DNA of 64,000 nt, taken from assembly GCA_927910745.1 (NCBI GenBank), contig CAKMNX010000028.1, positions 11,653 through 75,652 on the forward strand, in the 5' to 3' direction. The DNA is from an uncultured Candidatus Saccharibacteria bacterium (GTDB taxonomy: Bacteria > Patescibacteriota > Saccharimonadia > Saccharimonadales > Saccharimonadaceae). Positions 1-9,706 of the stretch are shown here, one piece after another (the stretch's first letter is position 1; every line of letters begins with the position of its first letter). Position numbers and translations under genes: made by a program. The notes under the pieces are model-generated. The model was not told the origin of the DNA. It saw only the letters and a program-made list of their open reading frames with translations, and ran no database searches.

Positions 1-553
1 CCGTAACTCAGCCGATATAGACGATCTCCTTAACGAACTTGGTGGTACGCCAGTCATCATCAAGCTCGCTCGTGGTACTCATGGCAATGGTGTGGTGCTA
101 GCGGAGACGAAGAAGGCGGCAAAGTCAGTGCTCCAGGCGTTGTATCTCACCAACGAGGATGGGACAAACATCCTGTTGCAAGAATTTATTCGTGAGTCAG
201 CTGGAGTAGACATCCGCGCCTTCGTGGTGGGGAGTCGTGTAGTGGCGAGTATGAAGCGCCAGAGCCTAGATGACGACTTTCGATCCAACCTCCATAAGGG
301 AGGCGAAGGAACGCCGATTCGCTTGACGGATACCGAGCGTCGTATGTGTTTGCGGGCAGCTAAGGCGATGGGCTTGACGGTGGCGGGTGTTGACTTTATG
401 CGCTCGAGTCGTGGGCCGTTGGTGCTTGAGGTCAATGCGAGCCCAGGCTTTGGGATAGAGAAAATTACGCGGCGCAATGTGGCCAAGCCTATCATCGAAT
501 ACATCGAGCGCAATGCGAAGCGGCAGCACAAGAAGGACCGCGTTGGAGCATAA
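1..553 (+). CDS. rimK: RimK-family alpha-L-glutamate ligase (ATP-grasp), 5'-truncated by window edge
   Basis: Frame is open from the window edge. Translation ...GTHGNGVVLAETKKAAKSVLQAL...ASPGFGIEKI matches the RimK ATP-grasp C-terminal region. Confidence 0.6.
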   Translation, partial: RNSADIDDLLNELGGTPVIIKLARGTHGNGVVLAETKKAAKSVLQALYLTNEDGTNILLQEFIRESAGVDIRAFVVGSRVVASMKRQSLDDDFRSNLHKGGEGTPIRLTDTERRMCLRAAKAMGLTVAGVDFMRSSRGPLVLEVNASPGFGIEKITRRNVAKPIIEYIERNAKRQHKKDRVGA

Positions 554-605
554 ATACTCAAAAGCATTGTGGCGTCTCTCATAACGCTTATGTTAAATCG
601 GTGTC

Positions 606-614
606 ATGGTATAA
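606..614 (+). promoter_or_regulatory. extended -10 element (TGgTATAAT) upstream of the membrane-protein gene
   Basis: The sequence tggtataat occurs directly upstream of the ATG at 622. No good -35 box was seen. Confidence 0.25.
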
Positions 615-621
615 TGATGGC

Positions 622-1107
622 ATGATGTTGCTTGGATTGCTTGTTGGTACGGCTATGGTTTTGGCTGGTTTGGTGTATGTAGCGAAGCGGCATTTTGGGC
701 TACCAGTAATGGGTCTGGCGGTTGGTATGGTAATGACACAGCTGTGGGCGGCAGATGTCGTGCCGTATGCTGCTGGGGTTGGCATAGGCATTGACCGATC
801 TGCTTTGCTTGCGGTGGTGACGATTGTGCTGACAGTGTTACCAGCTGTGGTACTGGTGTGCTGTGGCTCAGTGGTGAGCCAGCGCTGGTGGCGTATTGGT
901 GGCTCACTGATCTTTGGTGTTGTGGCAGTGTATGTGTTGTTTGGCGCGCTGAGTAGTCTCGTACCACCAGTTGATGAGACAAGCAAGACGGTTATGGCAG
1001 CGCTGGATGGGTCTCATGCAGCGGTTGTAACGATGGGGTTTGCATGTGCCCTTGTTGACACGCTCGTGGCTCGCACAAAGGGCGCAAAACCACACAAGAA
1101 AAAGTGA
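622..1107 (+). CDS. hypothetical polytopic membrane protein
   Basis: ORF with several hydrophobic helices and a KPHKKK tail. No recognisable family. Confidence 0.45.
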   Translation: MMLLGLLVGTAMVLAGLVYVAKRHFGLPVMGLAVGMVMTQLWAADVVPYAAGVGIGIDRSALLAVVTIVLTVLPAVVLVCCGSVVSQRWWRIGGSLIFGVVAVYVLFGALSSLVPPVDETSKTVMAALDGSHAAVVTMGFACALVDTLVARTKGAKPHKKK

Positions 1108-1184
1108 AAGTGATAGATATACTTCTTGCGCGTGTCACTTGATAAGTGTGGTTTTACAAGAATATATACGTTGATGTGCTTAGC

Positions 1185-1214
1185 AAAATGACCCTCATAA
1201 TAGAGGGTCATTTT
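1185..1214. terminator. bidirectional rho-independent terminator
   Basis: Perfect inverted repeat aaaatgaccctc/gagggtcatttt with A-run and T-run flanks, between convergent genes. Confidence 0.6.
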
Positions 1215-1247
1215 AGTGTTGTGATTCGCGTATAACTCTAGTGGGTA

Positions 1248-1952
1248 TTACGCGGCGTTCGTTGCAACGTTTGTCACATCATCGAGTGCTTCAAGTGCGT
1301 CGATAATTTTGGTAAGCTTGCGGGCGGTCTCATCATCCTCGATAGCAACGGTGTTGTTGGGCACATACTGGAGCTCTGCATCTTCAACGGTCATGCCAGC
1401 TGCGAGCAAAGCTTCGCGAACTTTGGCGTGCTCCTTTTTGTCGGTGTAGACGGTGAGGCCGCCATCTTCTTCTGTTGCATCTTCAGCGCCAGCATCAAGC
1501 ACAGTAAGGAGCGCTTCTTCACCACTGGCTGCTACGCGGATCACGCCCTTGCGCGCAAACTGAAACATCACACTGCCGCTGTCTGCCATGGTGCCACCAT
1601 TCTTGGTGAGAGCAGTGCGAACCTCTGGGTAGGTGCGGTTTTTGTTATCGGTTGCTGTCTCGATAATGATGCCAACACCACCTGGGCCGTAGCCCTCATA
1701 GACCGCCTCTTCGAGTGCGGCAGCATTTTTATCATTGATGCGATCAATTGCTCGCTGGATGTTAGCGTTGGGCATATTGGCTGCCCGAGCCTTCTCGATG
1801 GCCAATGCGAGGCTTGAGTTGGTTGTTGGATCGGTGCCGCCACGGGCTGCAATGGCAATCATATTGCCAAGCTTGGTAAAGGCTGCGCCGCGCTTTGCAT
1901 CAACCACGGCCTTTTGGCGATGGGTCGTGGCCCATTTACTGTGTCCAGACAT
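1248..1952 (-). CDS. yebC: YebC/PmpR family DNA-binding transcriptional regulator
   Basis: MSGHSKWATTHRQKAVVDAKRG...GYGPGGVGIIIE is the hallmark YebC N-terminus. Confidence 0.9.
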   Translation of the reverse strand: MSGHSKWATTHRQKAVVDAKRGAAFTKLGNMIAIAARGGTDPTTNSSLALAIEKARAANMPNANIQRAIDRINDKNAAALEEAVYEGYGPGGVGIIIETATDNKNRTYPEVRTALTKNGGTMADSGSVMFQFARKGVIRVAASGEEALLTVLDAGAEDATEEDGGLTVYTDKKEHAKVREALLAAGMTVEDAELQYVPNNTVAIEDDETARKLTKIIDALEALDDVTNVATNAA

Positions 1953-2006
1953 AGGTTCTCCTTGATTGTTCTATCTTTCAACTCATTGTAGCATATTGGG
2001 CAGTTG

Positions 2007-3449
2007 TTATTCTACGAGCGAGGTATCGCGCAGCGAGTAGCCAGTTGCTCGCCAGAACCACCAGCAGAGGCTAATGAGCCCGCCATACCACAGCGCCACA
2101 CCCCACCAGGGCAGTGTAAAATCGAGCTGTGCCCAGGGGAAGGCGGCGCATTGCTGGACAACCCACAGCATTGCGTCGAGTAGCCATTGTGCTGGCGCGC
2201 CAAATACTGCCGCTGCCGCTGGCCACACAAGTGCCCCAACCCCAGCAATGCACGTGAGAAGCATTGCTAACGGCACCCATGGCACAATGAGTAGATTGGC
2301 TGGCAGTGCCACGAGCGATAATTGCCCAAATGCTGCGAGGCTAATTGGTAGTGTAGCAAGCTGTGCAGAGACTGTCTCGCCCAAGACTTGGCGGCCGATT
2401 GATGGCTCTGCTGGGCCAAAGAAATAGCGCTGCAACAGCGGTGCAAGAATCATCACTCCAGCAAAGGACGCAAAACTTAATTGCCAGCCAATATCTCCCC
2501 AAACATAGCTTGGGTTCCATAGTACTGTAGCAGCACTTGCTACTGCCAGCAGCGTAACGGGGTGAAACGCACGACCATACGCCCAAGCCCAAATACTAAG
2601 CCCAGCCACAAGGCCAGCGCGCGTCATACTTGGGCTTAGGCCGGTGATGGCGACAAAGCCAAGGACGAGACTCACACTGGTAAGTACTGCGAGGTAGCGC
2701 GACACCTTGGCAAACAAGCGCCGGGCGAGACGGACGAGGATCGTGAGATTGTAACCACTAGCCACTACAATATGAGTGAGACCAGTAGTGCGCATTGCTT
2801 CTTGGATATCATGCGGCAGGGCGCGCTTTTGGCCAAGGACGTAGCCACTGCCAAGGCTAGCCGCTGGCTCGTGAATTGCATGACGAATATGCTCAGCAAA
2901 CCAATCACGCACCTGCAGGGCAACATCGCCAGGTTGCGGCTGAACAATGCGTTCCACATGGGCACGCTGCATAACAGCAGCAAAGTTACCAAAGCCAGGT
3001 TTGAGCTTGCCCCGTGCAACCAGCCAGTCGCTGCGACGGACTGCAGGGTTGCCGTGCAGACTCACCCATACTGTACCAGGCAATGAGCGGCCATTCAGGC
3101 GAATAGCACCAAGCCTCACGACGAGCTGATTGCGTTGATTTGTATCAGGATCATCCTGCACCTGCCCGGTGATTGTCGCTACGTGCCCAAATAATGCCGC
3201 GTAAGAGCGCTGTTGCTGCTGATCACTTCCACCGCGCACTAGGCCAATCATAAGCCCAGCAATCAATATGATAATAAGGCACCACTGCCGGCTTTGGCGC
3301 AGTGCATAGGCAATCCCGCCACCGGCTACGACAAGCCACCACCACGCAGCGTACGGCCACCACTGGGCGAGTGCTACTCCACCAACGATGCCACCGCAGC
3401 ACAGTGTGAGCTGCCACGTTGGGTGAATTTGCCGTTGCCACCACGTCAT
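2007..3449 (-). CDS. comEC: ComEC/Rec2-like competence membrane protein (DUF4131 + competence domain)
   Basis: 480 aa polytopic membrane protein. It has an N-terminal DUF4131-like region (LHGNP...VARGKL) and a THIVVASGYNLTIL competence-channel motif. Confidence 0.7.
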   Translation of the reverse strand: MTWWQRQIHPTWQLTLCCGGIVGGVALAQWWPYAAWWWLVVAGGGIAYALRQSRQWCLIIILIAGLMIGLVRGGSDQQQQRSYAALFGHVATITGQVQDDPDTNQRNQLVVRLGAIRLNGRSLPGTVWVSLHGNPAVRRSDWLVARGKLKPGFGNFAAVMQRAHVERIVQPQPGDVALQVRDWFAEHIRHAIHEPAASLGSGYVLGQKRALPHDIQEAMRTTGLTHIVVASGYNLTILVRLARRLFAKVSRYLAVLTSVSLVLGFVAITGLSPSMTRAGLVAGLSIWAWAYGRAFHPVTLLAVASAATVLWNPSYVWGDIGWQLSFASFAGVMILAPLLQRYFFGPAEPSIGRQVLGETVSAQLATLPISLAAFGQLSLVALPANLLIVPWVPLAMLLTCIAGVGALVWPAAAAVFGAPAQWLLDAMLWVVQQCAAFPWAQLDFTLPWWGVALWYGGLISLCWWFWRATGYSLRDTSLVE

Positions 3450-3748
3450 TGGTTATCATTAAACTATTGTGTCGCTGGTGTGTCAATTTATTACATCCAA
3501 ATCGCGGCTTTTCTGTCAATTTTATGCTGTTTGCTCTGCTTTCTGTAGGGTTTATCAGGGAGGCTAGAATTTTTATGTAATTTGTTTTCTTAAGGTGAAA
3601 TTATTGAATCTTTTGCGGTTAGCAAGAGATTTTTATACATTTACCAGGTGAGGTAGTAAGGGAGAGTCTCCTACAGAGGAGAAGGGTGAATTTTGCTATA
3701 GATAGTAGAATTTTGGAAGAGTGATGATGAATCCAGCGTTTACTCCGC

Positions 3749-3779
3749 TTGACAGTCTACCGCGACCAGTGCTATACTC
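3749..3779 (+). promoter_or_regulatory. sigma70-like promoter for tRNA-Lys
   Basis: -35 box ttgaca at 3749-3754 and -10 box tatact at 3774-3779. The 19-nt spacer is slightly long. Predicted TSS is about 10 nt before the tRNA. Confidence 0.35.
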
Positions 3780-3790
3780 GCAGAGTCTAC

Positions 3791-3867
3791 GGGCCCATAG
3801 CTCAGCAGGTTAGAGCACCTGCCTTTTAAGCAGGGTGTCGTGAGTTCGAGCCTCACTGGGCCCTCCA
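3791..3867 (+). tRNA. tRNA-Lys (anticodon UUU)
   Basis: Cloverleaf folds by eye: acceptor stem gggccca/tgggccc, anticodon loop cttttaa, T-loop ttcgagc, and an encoded CCA. Confidence 0.9.
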
Positions 3868-3878
3868 TTGACCAATTA

Positions 3879-3902
3879 GCAGGCGAGATAGCCTGTTTTT
3901 TG
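3879..3902 (+). terminator. rho-independent terminator after tRNA-Lys
   Basis: Short hairpin caggc-gagata-gcctg followed by tttttt. Confidence 0.45.
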
Positions 3903-4085
3903 TTGTATCTGTTGAAAGCTTGAAGATCCGCATTATAAAATCTTAATTCCTATTTCTCGCTATTATTGTGCGGTAGAGAACAAAATCCGACCACCGTATT
4001 AGTTTGCGTGATCAACAAAATAATGTGCTTGTGCTTGACCAAGAGGGTTGCTTTGCGCATAATCGTGGCGAGGAGGAAAAACAAA

Positions 4086-5873
4086 ATGCAAACTATGCGG
4101 AATTATGCCCGGCGAATTATTGCATATGGGCTTGCCGTAACCATGATGATACCAGGAATAGCCGGAGCTTCTGCGCTTGGTGCTGATTCTTCCACTGCTT
4201 ATTTTGCCACCCCAGTCGCCGCCATCGGCGATTTTTTATTTGAAGGGGTAGTGGCGCGTGATGATACTGCTAGCAGCAAGTTTCCAGCAGCACAGCCTGT
4301 AGTGCACCTTGCTGCTCATACTGAACACGATGCATTGATGATTGGAGCACTCCACACAACAGACCGGCGCACGGTGAGTGCAGTCGAGCTGCATAATACT
4401 GCGCGTCAGTTTGTACCGCTTAGTGATGTCGTGCTTGTTGTCAGTGTTAGCACGAACCACACCGACTACACGTGCCGCGTCAATCTACAAGGATATGCAC
4501 CACCCCAGTCGTCGGTGCGCTACTATCATCCAGCAGTGGCCCCGGCAGATGGCGCACAGCTCCAGGGTTGCCCAAGTGTACCAAATGATGAGCAAATCAC
4601 ACGGTATGATGTAGCGCTGGAGCGATCAGGCACGACCATTGACAAAGCAAGTGCAGCTGTAGACGAGCTTGCAGATGCACTCGTCTGGGAGCGTGCACGC
4701 TGGACGGCAGCGGCGCGGACTGGGATATTTGCCAAGGACTTTCGAGCACGAGCTGGCGAAGCTGAGGTAACTGCGCCGTACGAAACGCCAGGCGAGCCAT
4801 CATTGCAAATTCTTGAGGTCTTGCCTCATCCACACACCTGCGATGCAGCACCAGACAATTGCCAGAAATACGTCAAGATCAAAAATACCGGTGATCAACC
4901 AATCGACCTTGCTGCCTATCGTTTGCGTAGTGGTACACCTGGCAGCAATAGTACTGTGCGAAATACCTCGTCTCTTGCGGGGACTATTGCACCAGGCCAG
5001 GTGCTGACGATTCGTGCCCAGGCAAATGGTGCGGAGCTTGCGGTGCTGCGCAGTGGTACACTGTGGTTTGAGGATCAGCATGGCCTAGTGAGCTTTTCGC
5101 CGCACATTGATACATATAGCGGTGCAGGGCAGGCTGCGCACCAGGGCAAGTCTTGGGCATATAATTCGCAAACTGGCACATGGCAATGGACAACGCCAAG
5201 CCCCGACCAAGCCGATAATATCATCACTGATGCACTAGCCTCACCCCATCAGCCATCGGGCAAACCATGCCCCGCTGGCCAAGAACGCAACCCAGCAACA
5301 AATCGTTGTCGGAAAATCAACAGTGGTGAGAAACAGTCAAAACAAACAGCCGGCAATGCAAAGGTAGCGCGTAGCACTTCTCATACTCAAAAGCTAACTA
5401 TCTGCAAACCTGGCCAAGAGCGTAACCCCGCAACGGGCCGTTGCCGTGCAGTATCTGCCACTGGCCAGCAATTGGCCGTGTGCAAGGCGGGGCAGTATCG
5501 CAACCCTGCCACAGGGCGCTGCCGAGCGCTCGCTGGCGGTAAGGCACCAGCTGCTATATGTAAAGCAGGGTACTATCGCAACCCAGCGACTGGCCGCTGC
5601 AAAAAGCTTGGCGCAGCAAATAGTCGCCAGTTGACGCCCTGCAAGCCAGGCTGGGAGCGCAATCCATCGACCAATCGCTGCCGCAAATCGACGAGCAGGA
5701 ATAGTAAAGCACCAGCCGCAGGCTACGCTGTTGAGCCGGGGAGTAATAATGGACAGACAGAGATCGTCTGGTGGATGATTGGTGGGGTAGCTATCGTGGC
5801 GGTGGGCTATGCTGGCTGGGAGTGGCGTAGTGAGATTGGCCAGTGGCTGCGCCGGATGGTGTGCAAAGGTTAG
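4086..5873 (+). CDS. secreted, membrane-anchored protein with lamin-tail domain (LTD) and six Cys-rich tandem repeats
   Basis: Strong RBS gaggagg sits 11 nt before the ATG, followed by a signal peptide. An LTD-like block reads LQILEVLPHP...YVKIKNTGDQPIDLAAYRLRSG. Six repeats of C-x2-G-x2-RNPATxRC(R/K) are followed by a C-terminal TM helix. Confidence 0.6.
   Translation: MQTMRNYARRIIAYGLAVTMMIPGIAGASALGADSSTAYFATPVAAIGDFLFEGVVARDDTASSKFPAAQPVVHLAAHTEHDALMIGALHTTDRRTVSAVELHNTARQFVPLSDVVLVVSVSTNHTDYTCRVNLQGYAPPQSSVRYYHPAVAPADGAQLQGCPSVPNDEQITRYDVALERSGTTIDKASAAVDELADALVWERARWTAAARTGIFAKDFRARAGEAEVTAPYETPGEPSLQILEVLPHPHTCDAAPDNCQKYVKIKNTGDQPIDLAAYRLRSGTPGSNSTVRNTSSLAGTIAPGQVLTIRAQANGAELAVLRSGTLWFEDQHGLVSFSPHIDTYSGAGQAAHQGKSWAYNSQTGTWQWTTPSPDQADNIITDALASPHQPSGKPCPAGQERNPATNRCRKINSGEKQSKQTAGNAKVARSTSHTQKLTICKPGQERNPATGRCRAVSATGQQLAVCKAGQYRNPATGRCRALAGGKAPAAICKAGYYRNPATGRCKKLGAANSRQLTPCKPGWERNPSTNRCRKSTSRNSKAPAAGYAVEPGSNNGQTEIVWWMIGGVAIVAVGYAGWEWRSEIGQWLRRMVCKG
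5268..5690 (+). repeat. six imperfect 45-90 bp coding tandem repeats (Cys-rich module)
   Basis: CxxGxxRNPATxRCR is repeated six times at the protein level. Confidence 0.6.
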
Positions 5874-5937
5874 AGTCTCATTAGCTATACCATAGCGGTA
5901 TATAGCATAAGCCCTCAGATTCAGCTATACTAGCACC

Positions 5938-6414
5938 ATGCGAATCATTGGTATAGATCCGGGCACTGGCATCCTTGGCTTTGGCGTCATTGACGCTCAT
6001 GGTGGCGCAACGCGACTTGTCACGGCCGGTGTCATTACAACGCCAGCGCATACGCCAATACCAGAGCGCCTTGGTGAGATATTCGATGGTCTTACGAGTA
6101 TTATTGCAGAGACACAGCCCACAATGATGGCGATCGAGAAGCTCTTCTTTGCCCGCAATATAACTACCGCTATGAGCGTAGCCGAAGCACGTGGCGTAGC
6201 GCTACTGACTGGCCAGCGGGCAGGACTGCAGATTGAGGAATATACACCACTCCAGATCAAGCAGACAATCACTGGCTACGGCAAAGCAGATAAAAAGCAA
6301 GTGCAAGAGATGGTGCGGCTCCAACTAGGCCTTCAGACGGTACCCAAGCCAGACGACTGTGCAGACGCCCTTGCGGCAGCGATTATGGCAGCGTTTATGA
6401 CGCGGCAGAGCTAG
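5938..6414 (+). CDS. ruvC: crossover junction endodeoxyribonuclease RuvC
   Basis: MRIIGIDPGTGILGFGVID...TPLQIKQTITGYGKADKKQV. Confidence 0.9.
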   Translation: MRIIGIDPGTGILGFGVIDAHGGATRLVTAGVITTPAHTPIPERLGEIFDGLTSIIAETQPTMMAIEKLFFARNITTAMSVAEARGVALLTGQRAGLQIEEYTPLQIKQTITGYGKADKKQVQEMVRLQLGLQTVPKPDDCADALAAAIMAAFMTRQS

Positions 6415-6690
6415 TGAGCTGCTGCTGGACGCAGCTACACTGACAAAGTCAGAAACCAGATTGTAAAAAGGCTTACGCTTGTACTCTATCAGACATGAGA
6501 AAGAGAAAAGCGCTAAGATTGGTGTTTTCAGCACATTGCACCAGAACGATGGTATAATTAAACTATGCAACTACCGCGAGGAAGACAACAACCAGCCCGA
6601 ATGGGCAGATATGCCAACTTTGGAGAGGTTCGCCAGTCGAAGCCACCGCGCCGAAGACGCGAGCATAAGCATTTCTTGTGGTTTTGGAAT

Positions 6691-9090
6691 ATGAGCAAAA
6701 AGAAGAAGGCGATGGTGATCCTGACGCCGTTTTTGCTCTTCTTGCTGATTGTGCCAATCTTGACATACCTATATTATGCACGTGATATCTCCGATCAAGA
6801 GCGGCTGATGAACCGCAACAACACTGGTATTGTCCTCAATGATGTCAACAACAAGCCACTCTATAGTGTGGGGCGAGCCCAGCACCGCAATATGGTGAAG
6901 CTGGCTGACATCTCAGACAGTATGAAAAATGCGCTACTGGCTAGTGAGGATAAAGACTTCTATAAACACCCTGGGTTTAGTCTAATCGGTATCTTCCGGG
7001 CAGCCTTCCAGCGCCATGGTGGTGGCTCGACCATTACGCAGCAGCTCGCCAAGAACACCGTCCTCACAAGCGAGCAGACCTTTATGCGCAAATACCAGGA
7101 GCTGTTTGTGGCGCTCGCGATTGAGCAGAATTATACCAAGGACCAAATCCTCGAGATGTATCTCAACTCTGTGTATTATGGCGAAGACTCATTCGGCATC
7201 GAGGAGGCAGCCAAGATTTACTTTGGTAAAGCACCAAAGGACCTTACGTTGGCTGAGAGCGCTATGCTTGTTGGTGTGCTGCCAGCCCCAACTGCCTACT
7301 CGCCAATTAGTGGTAGTCCAGAAAAGGCCAAGCAGCGTCAAAAGACAGTGCTTGGCCGCATGGTTGACGTGGGTGCCATTACTAATGAGCAAAAAGATGC
7401 AGCATATGCGCAGCAGCTCTCGTATGCATCGACAGCAAATACCGTTAAGTCGATTGCGCCACACTTTGCGCAGATGGTTATAAACCAACTCAAACAGAAA
7501 CTATACAGTGCGGACGATAAAAATGCGTATGGTAAGTTAATGCGCTCAGGTTACCAGGTGAAGACAACGCTCAATATGGATACGCAGCAGATGCTGATCG
7601 ATAACGTCTCCAAGCAGATTCCATACCTCAACAACCGTGGTGGGACGAATGCGAGCGGTGTTGTGATAGACGTCAAGACAGGTCGGGTGCGCGCACTAGT
7701 GGGCAGTGCCGACTACAACAACCCACAGTGGGGTAATGTCAATATGGCAACAACGCCGCGCCAGCCAGGCAGTAGCTTCAAGCCGATCTACTATGCCGGG
7801 GCGCTGGCCGAGGGAGTTATTACACCAGCGACAATTTTCCAAGATAAGCCAACGGACTTTGGCGGTGGTTACCAGCCGCTCAACGCTGACAAACGTTGGC
7901 ACGGGAGTGTGACGACACGTCGAGCAATTAGCTGGTCGCTCAATATCCCGAGCGTGGAGATCATGAAGAAGTTTGGTATTAGTAAGTCGGTTCAAACGGC
8001 TAACAATCTTGGTATCTCGTCGATTACTCAAGCAACAGGTGAGAAGAATGGTTTATCTCTCGCACTTGGCTCCGGTGAGGCATCACTAACACAAATGACT
8101 AATGCCTACGCAGCATTTGGCAACCAAGGGCAGCAATTTGAACTGGGGCTCATCGAGCAGGTTAATGACAAATACAACAAGAAAGTTAGTTGGCCCAACG
8201 CAACGAGCAAGCGGGCAATTAGCGAGGGCGGTGCCTACTTGATCTCAAATATTTTGTCGGATAATGCGGCACGAGCTAGTGTGTTTGGCTCAACTCTCAC
8301 AGTGCCTGGCCATACCGCGGCCGTCAAGACAGGGACGACGAATGATAATAAAGATGCGTGGACGATTGGCTATAACCCAGAGTATGCCGTTGGCGTTTGG
8401 GTTGGCAACAATGATAATACACCAATGAAAAATGGTGGCTCAGACATGGCAGGGCCAATCTGGCGCAACACAATGACGAAACTCTTGGCGGGTCAGTCGA
8501 ACACCCAATTCCCTGTGCCAAGTGGTGTCGTGCAGCGCTCGGTTTGTACGAGCGACGGTGGCCTGGCTACTACTGAGAATGCCAAGGGGACATACAAAGA
8601 ATACTTCCTAACTGGGGCATTGCCAACTAAGCAGTGTAATGTTGTGCGCACCAAGATCGAGGTCTGTAATCTCAGTGATAAAAAGATGGAGTCTATCTAC
8701 GAAGATGACTTCGACAGCACGAAGTACTCGAAGAACAGCTCAGACTGCTCCACGACCAAGCAACAAATCCGCGTCTGTGACGTTGAACGAAAGCGCATCA
8801 TTGCTATCGATGAGAAGGACTTTGATAGCAGCCGGTACTCAAAGAACATTGCGAGTTGTCGATCAAGCAGCAGTGGAAGCTCTGGTAACACAAGCGACGA
8901 CAGCGATAATAGCTCAACTATCAACGGTAATACTCGCCGCCGCAATAATACCGGCAACAGTGGTAACACTGGTGGTACGAGTGGTGATAATTCTGGTACT
9001 GGTGGTACGAGCGACGATGATAGTTCTGGGCAGAATAATCAGAACAATACTGGTGGCAATAACAATAACTTCTTCAGGACTAACTTTTAG
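6691..9090 (+). CDS. class A penicillin-binding protein (PBP1A; transglycosylase + transpeptidase) with low-complexity C-terminal tail
   Basis: N-terminal TM helix. GT51 motifs EDKDFYKHPG and GGSTITQQ. Transpeptidase motifs SSFKP, SWN and KTGT. A duplicated Cys module and a S/G/N/T-rich tail follow. Start chosen at the ATG at 6691; the upstream extension to 6565 is probably not coding. Confidence 0.85.
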   Translation: MSKKKKAMVILTPFLLFLLIVPILTYLYYARDISDQERLMNRNNTGIVLNDVNNKPLYSVGRAQHRNMVKLADISDSMKNALLASEDKDFYKHPGFSLIGIFRAAFQRHGGGSTITQQLAKNTVLTSEQTFMRKYQELFVALAIEQNYTKDQILEMYLNSVYYGEDSFGIEEAAKIYFGKAPKDLTLAESAMLVGVLPAPTAYSPISGSPEKAKQRQKTVLGRMVDVGAITNEQKDAAYAQQLSYASTANTVKSIAPHFAQMVINQLKQKLYSADDKNAYGKLMRSGYQVKTTLNMDTQQMLIDNVSKQIPYLNNRGGTNASGVVIDVKTGRVRALVGSADYNNPQWGNVNMATTPRQPGSSFKPIYYAGALAEGVITPATIFQDKPTDFGGGYQPLNADKRWHGSVTTRRAISWSLNIPSVEIMKKFGISKSVQTANNLGISSITQATGEKNGLSLALGSGEASLTQMTNAYAAFGNQGQQFELGLIEQVNDKYNKKVSWPNATSKRAISEGGAYLISNILSDNAARASVFGSTLTVPGHTAAVKTGTTNDNKDAWTIGYNPEYAVGVWVGNNDNTPMKNGGSDMAGPIWRNTMTKLLAGQSNTQFPVPSGVVQRSVCTSDGGLATTENAKGTYKEYFLTGALPTKQCNVVRTKIEVCNLSDKKMESIYEDDFDSTKYSKNSSDCSTTKQQIRVCDVERKRIIAIDEKDFDSSRYSKNIASCRSSSSGSSGNTSDDSDNSSTINGNTRRRNNTGNSGNTGGTSGDNSGTGGTSDDDSSGQNNQNNTGGNNNNFFRTNF

Positions 9091-9108
9091 TACTTCGAGG
9101 AGGCGCGG

Positions 9109-9684
9109 ATGATTGCTCATATTGCTGGCCAAGTTGATGAGAAGTTTGCAGGTAGTGTCATCATTGATGTGCAGGGGGTTGGCTACGAGATAGCGGTCGC
9201 AGCGCATGATTATGATGCGATGCAGCTTGGTGAGACAGTTAAACTCTATACATACCACCATATCCGAGAGCAAGCTCAGGAGCTGTTTGGATTTTCATCT
9301 CGGGCAGCCAAGAAACTGTTTGAGTTGCTCATCACAGTGCAAGGCGTAGGTCCCAAGGCGGCACTGGCCATCCTCAGCCTTGGTGAGGCTGAGCAGGTGC
9401 GTAATGCCCTAGCCAATGCCGATGCGGCCTTTATCCAAAAAGCCAGTGGAGTGGGCAAAAAGACTGCTGAGCGTGTGGTGGTAGACCTGCGAGATAAGGT
9501 GGGCGTGCCAACGTACTATGCTGCTCACGACGCGCCTGTGCAGGCAGAGCTTGATACAAACGACGAAGCGCTCGAAGCGTTGGTTGCGCTGGGCTATACG
9601 TTGGCAGATGCCACCAAAGCACTTGCTCATGTCGATACGAGTTTACCCACAGCGCAGCGAGTGACAATGGCTTTGAAGCAGTAA
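9109..9684 (+). CDS. ruvA: Holliday junction branch migration protein RuvA
   Basis: MIAHIAGQV...GVGYEI... with helix-hairpin-helix motifs (VQGVGPKAALAIL, ASGVGKKTAERV). Confidence 0.9.
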   Translation: MIAHIAGQVDEKFAGSVIIDVQGVGYEIAVAAHDYDAMQLGETVKLYTYHHIREQAQELFGFSSRAAKKLFELLITVQGVGPKAALAILSLGEAEQVRNALANADAAFIQKASGVGKKTAERVVVDLRDKVGVPTYYAAHDAPVQAELDTNDEALEALVALGYTLADATKALAHVDTSLPTAQRVTMALKQ

Positions 9685-9706
9685 CAATATAAAGAGAGGA
9701 GACGGG

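Noticed and set aside
79-582. 167-aa minus-strand ORF antisense to rimK
   Set aside because: It is fully overlapped by a plus-strand frame with clear RimK homology. Antisense ORFs are expected in higher-GC DNA.
6565-6690. N-terminal extension of the PBP1A ORF (MQLPRGRQQ...)
   Set aside because: A tataat -10 box sits immediately upstream of that ATG, leaving no room for a leader or RBS. The downstream ATG at 6691 precedes the Lys-rich tail and TM helix typical of PBPs.
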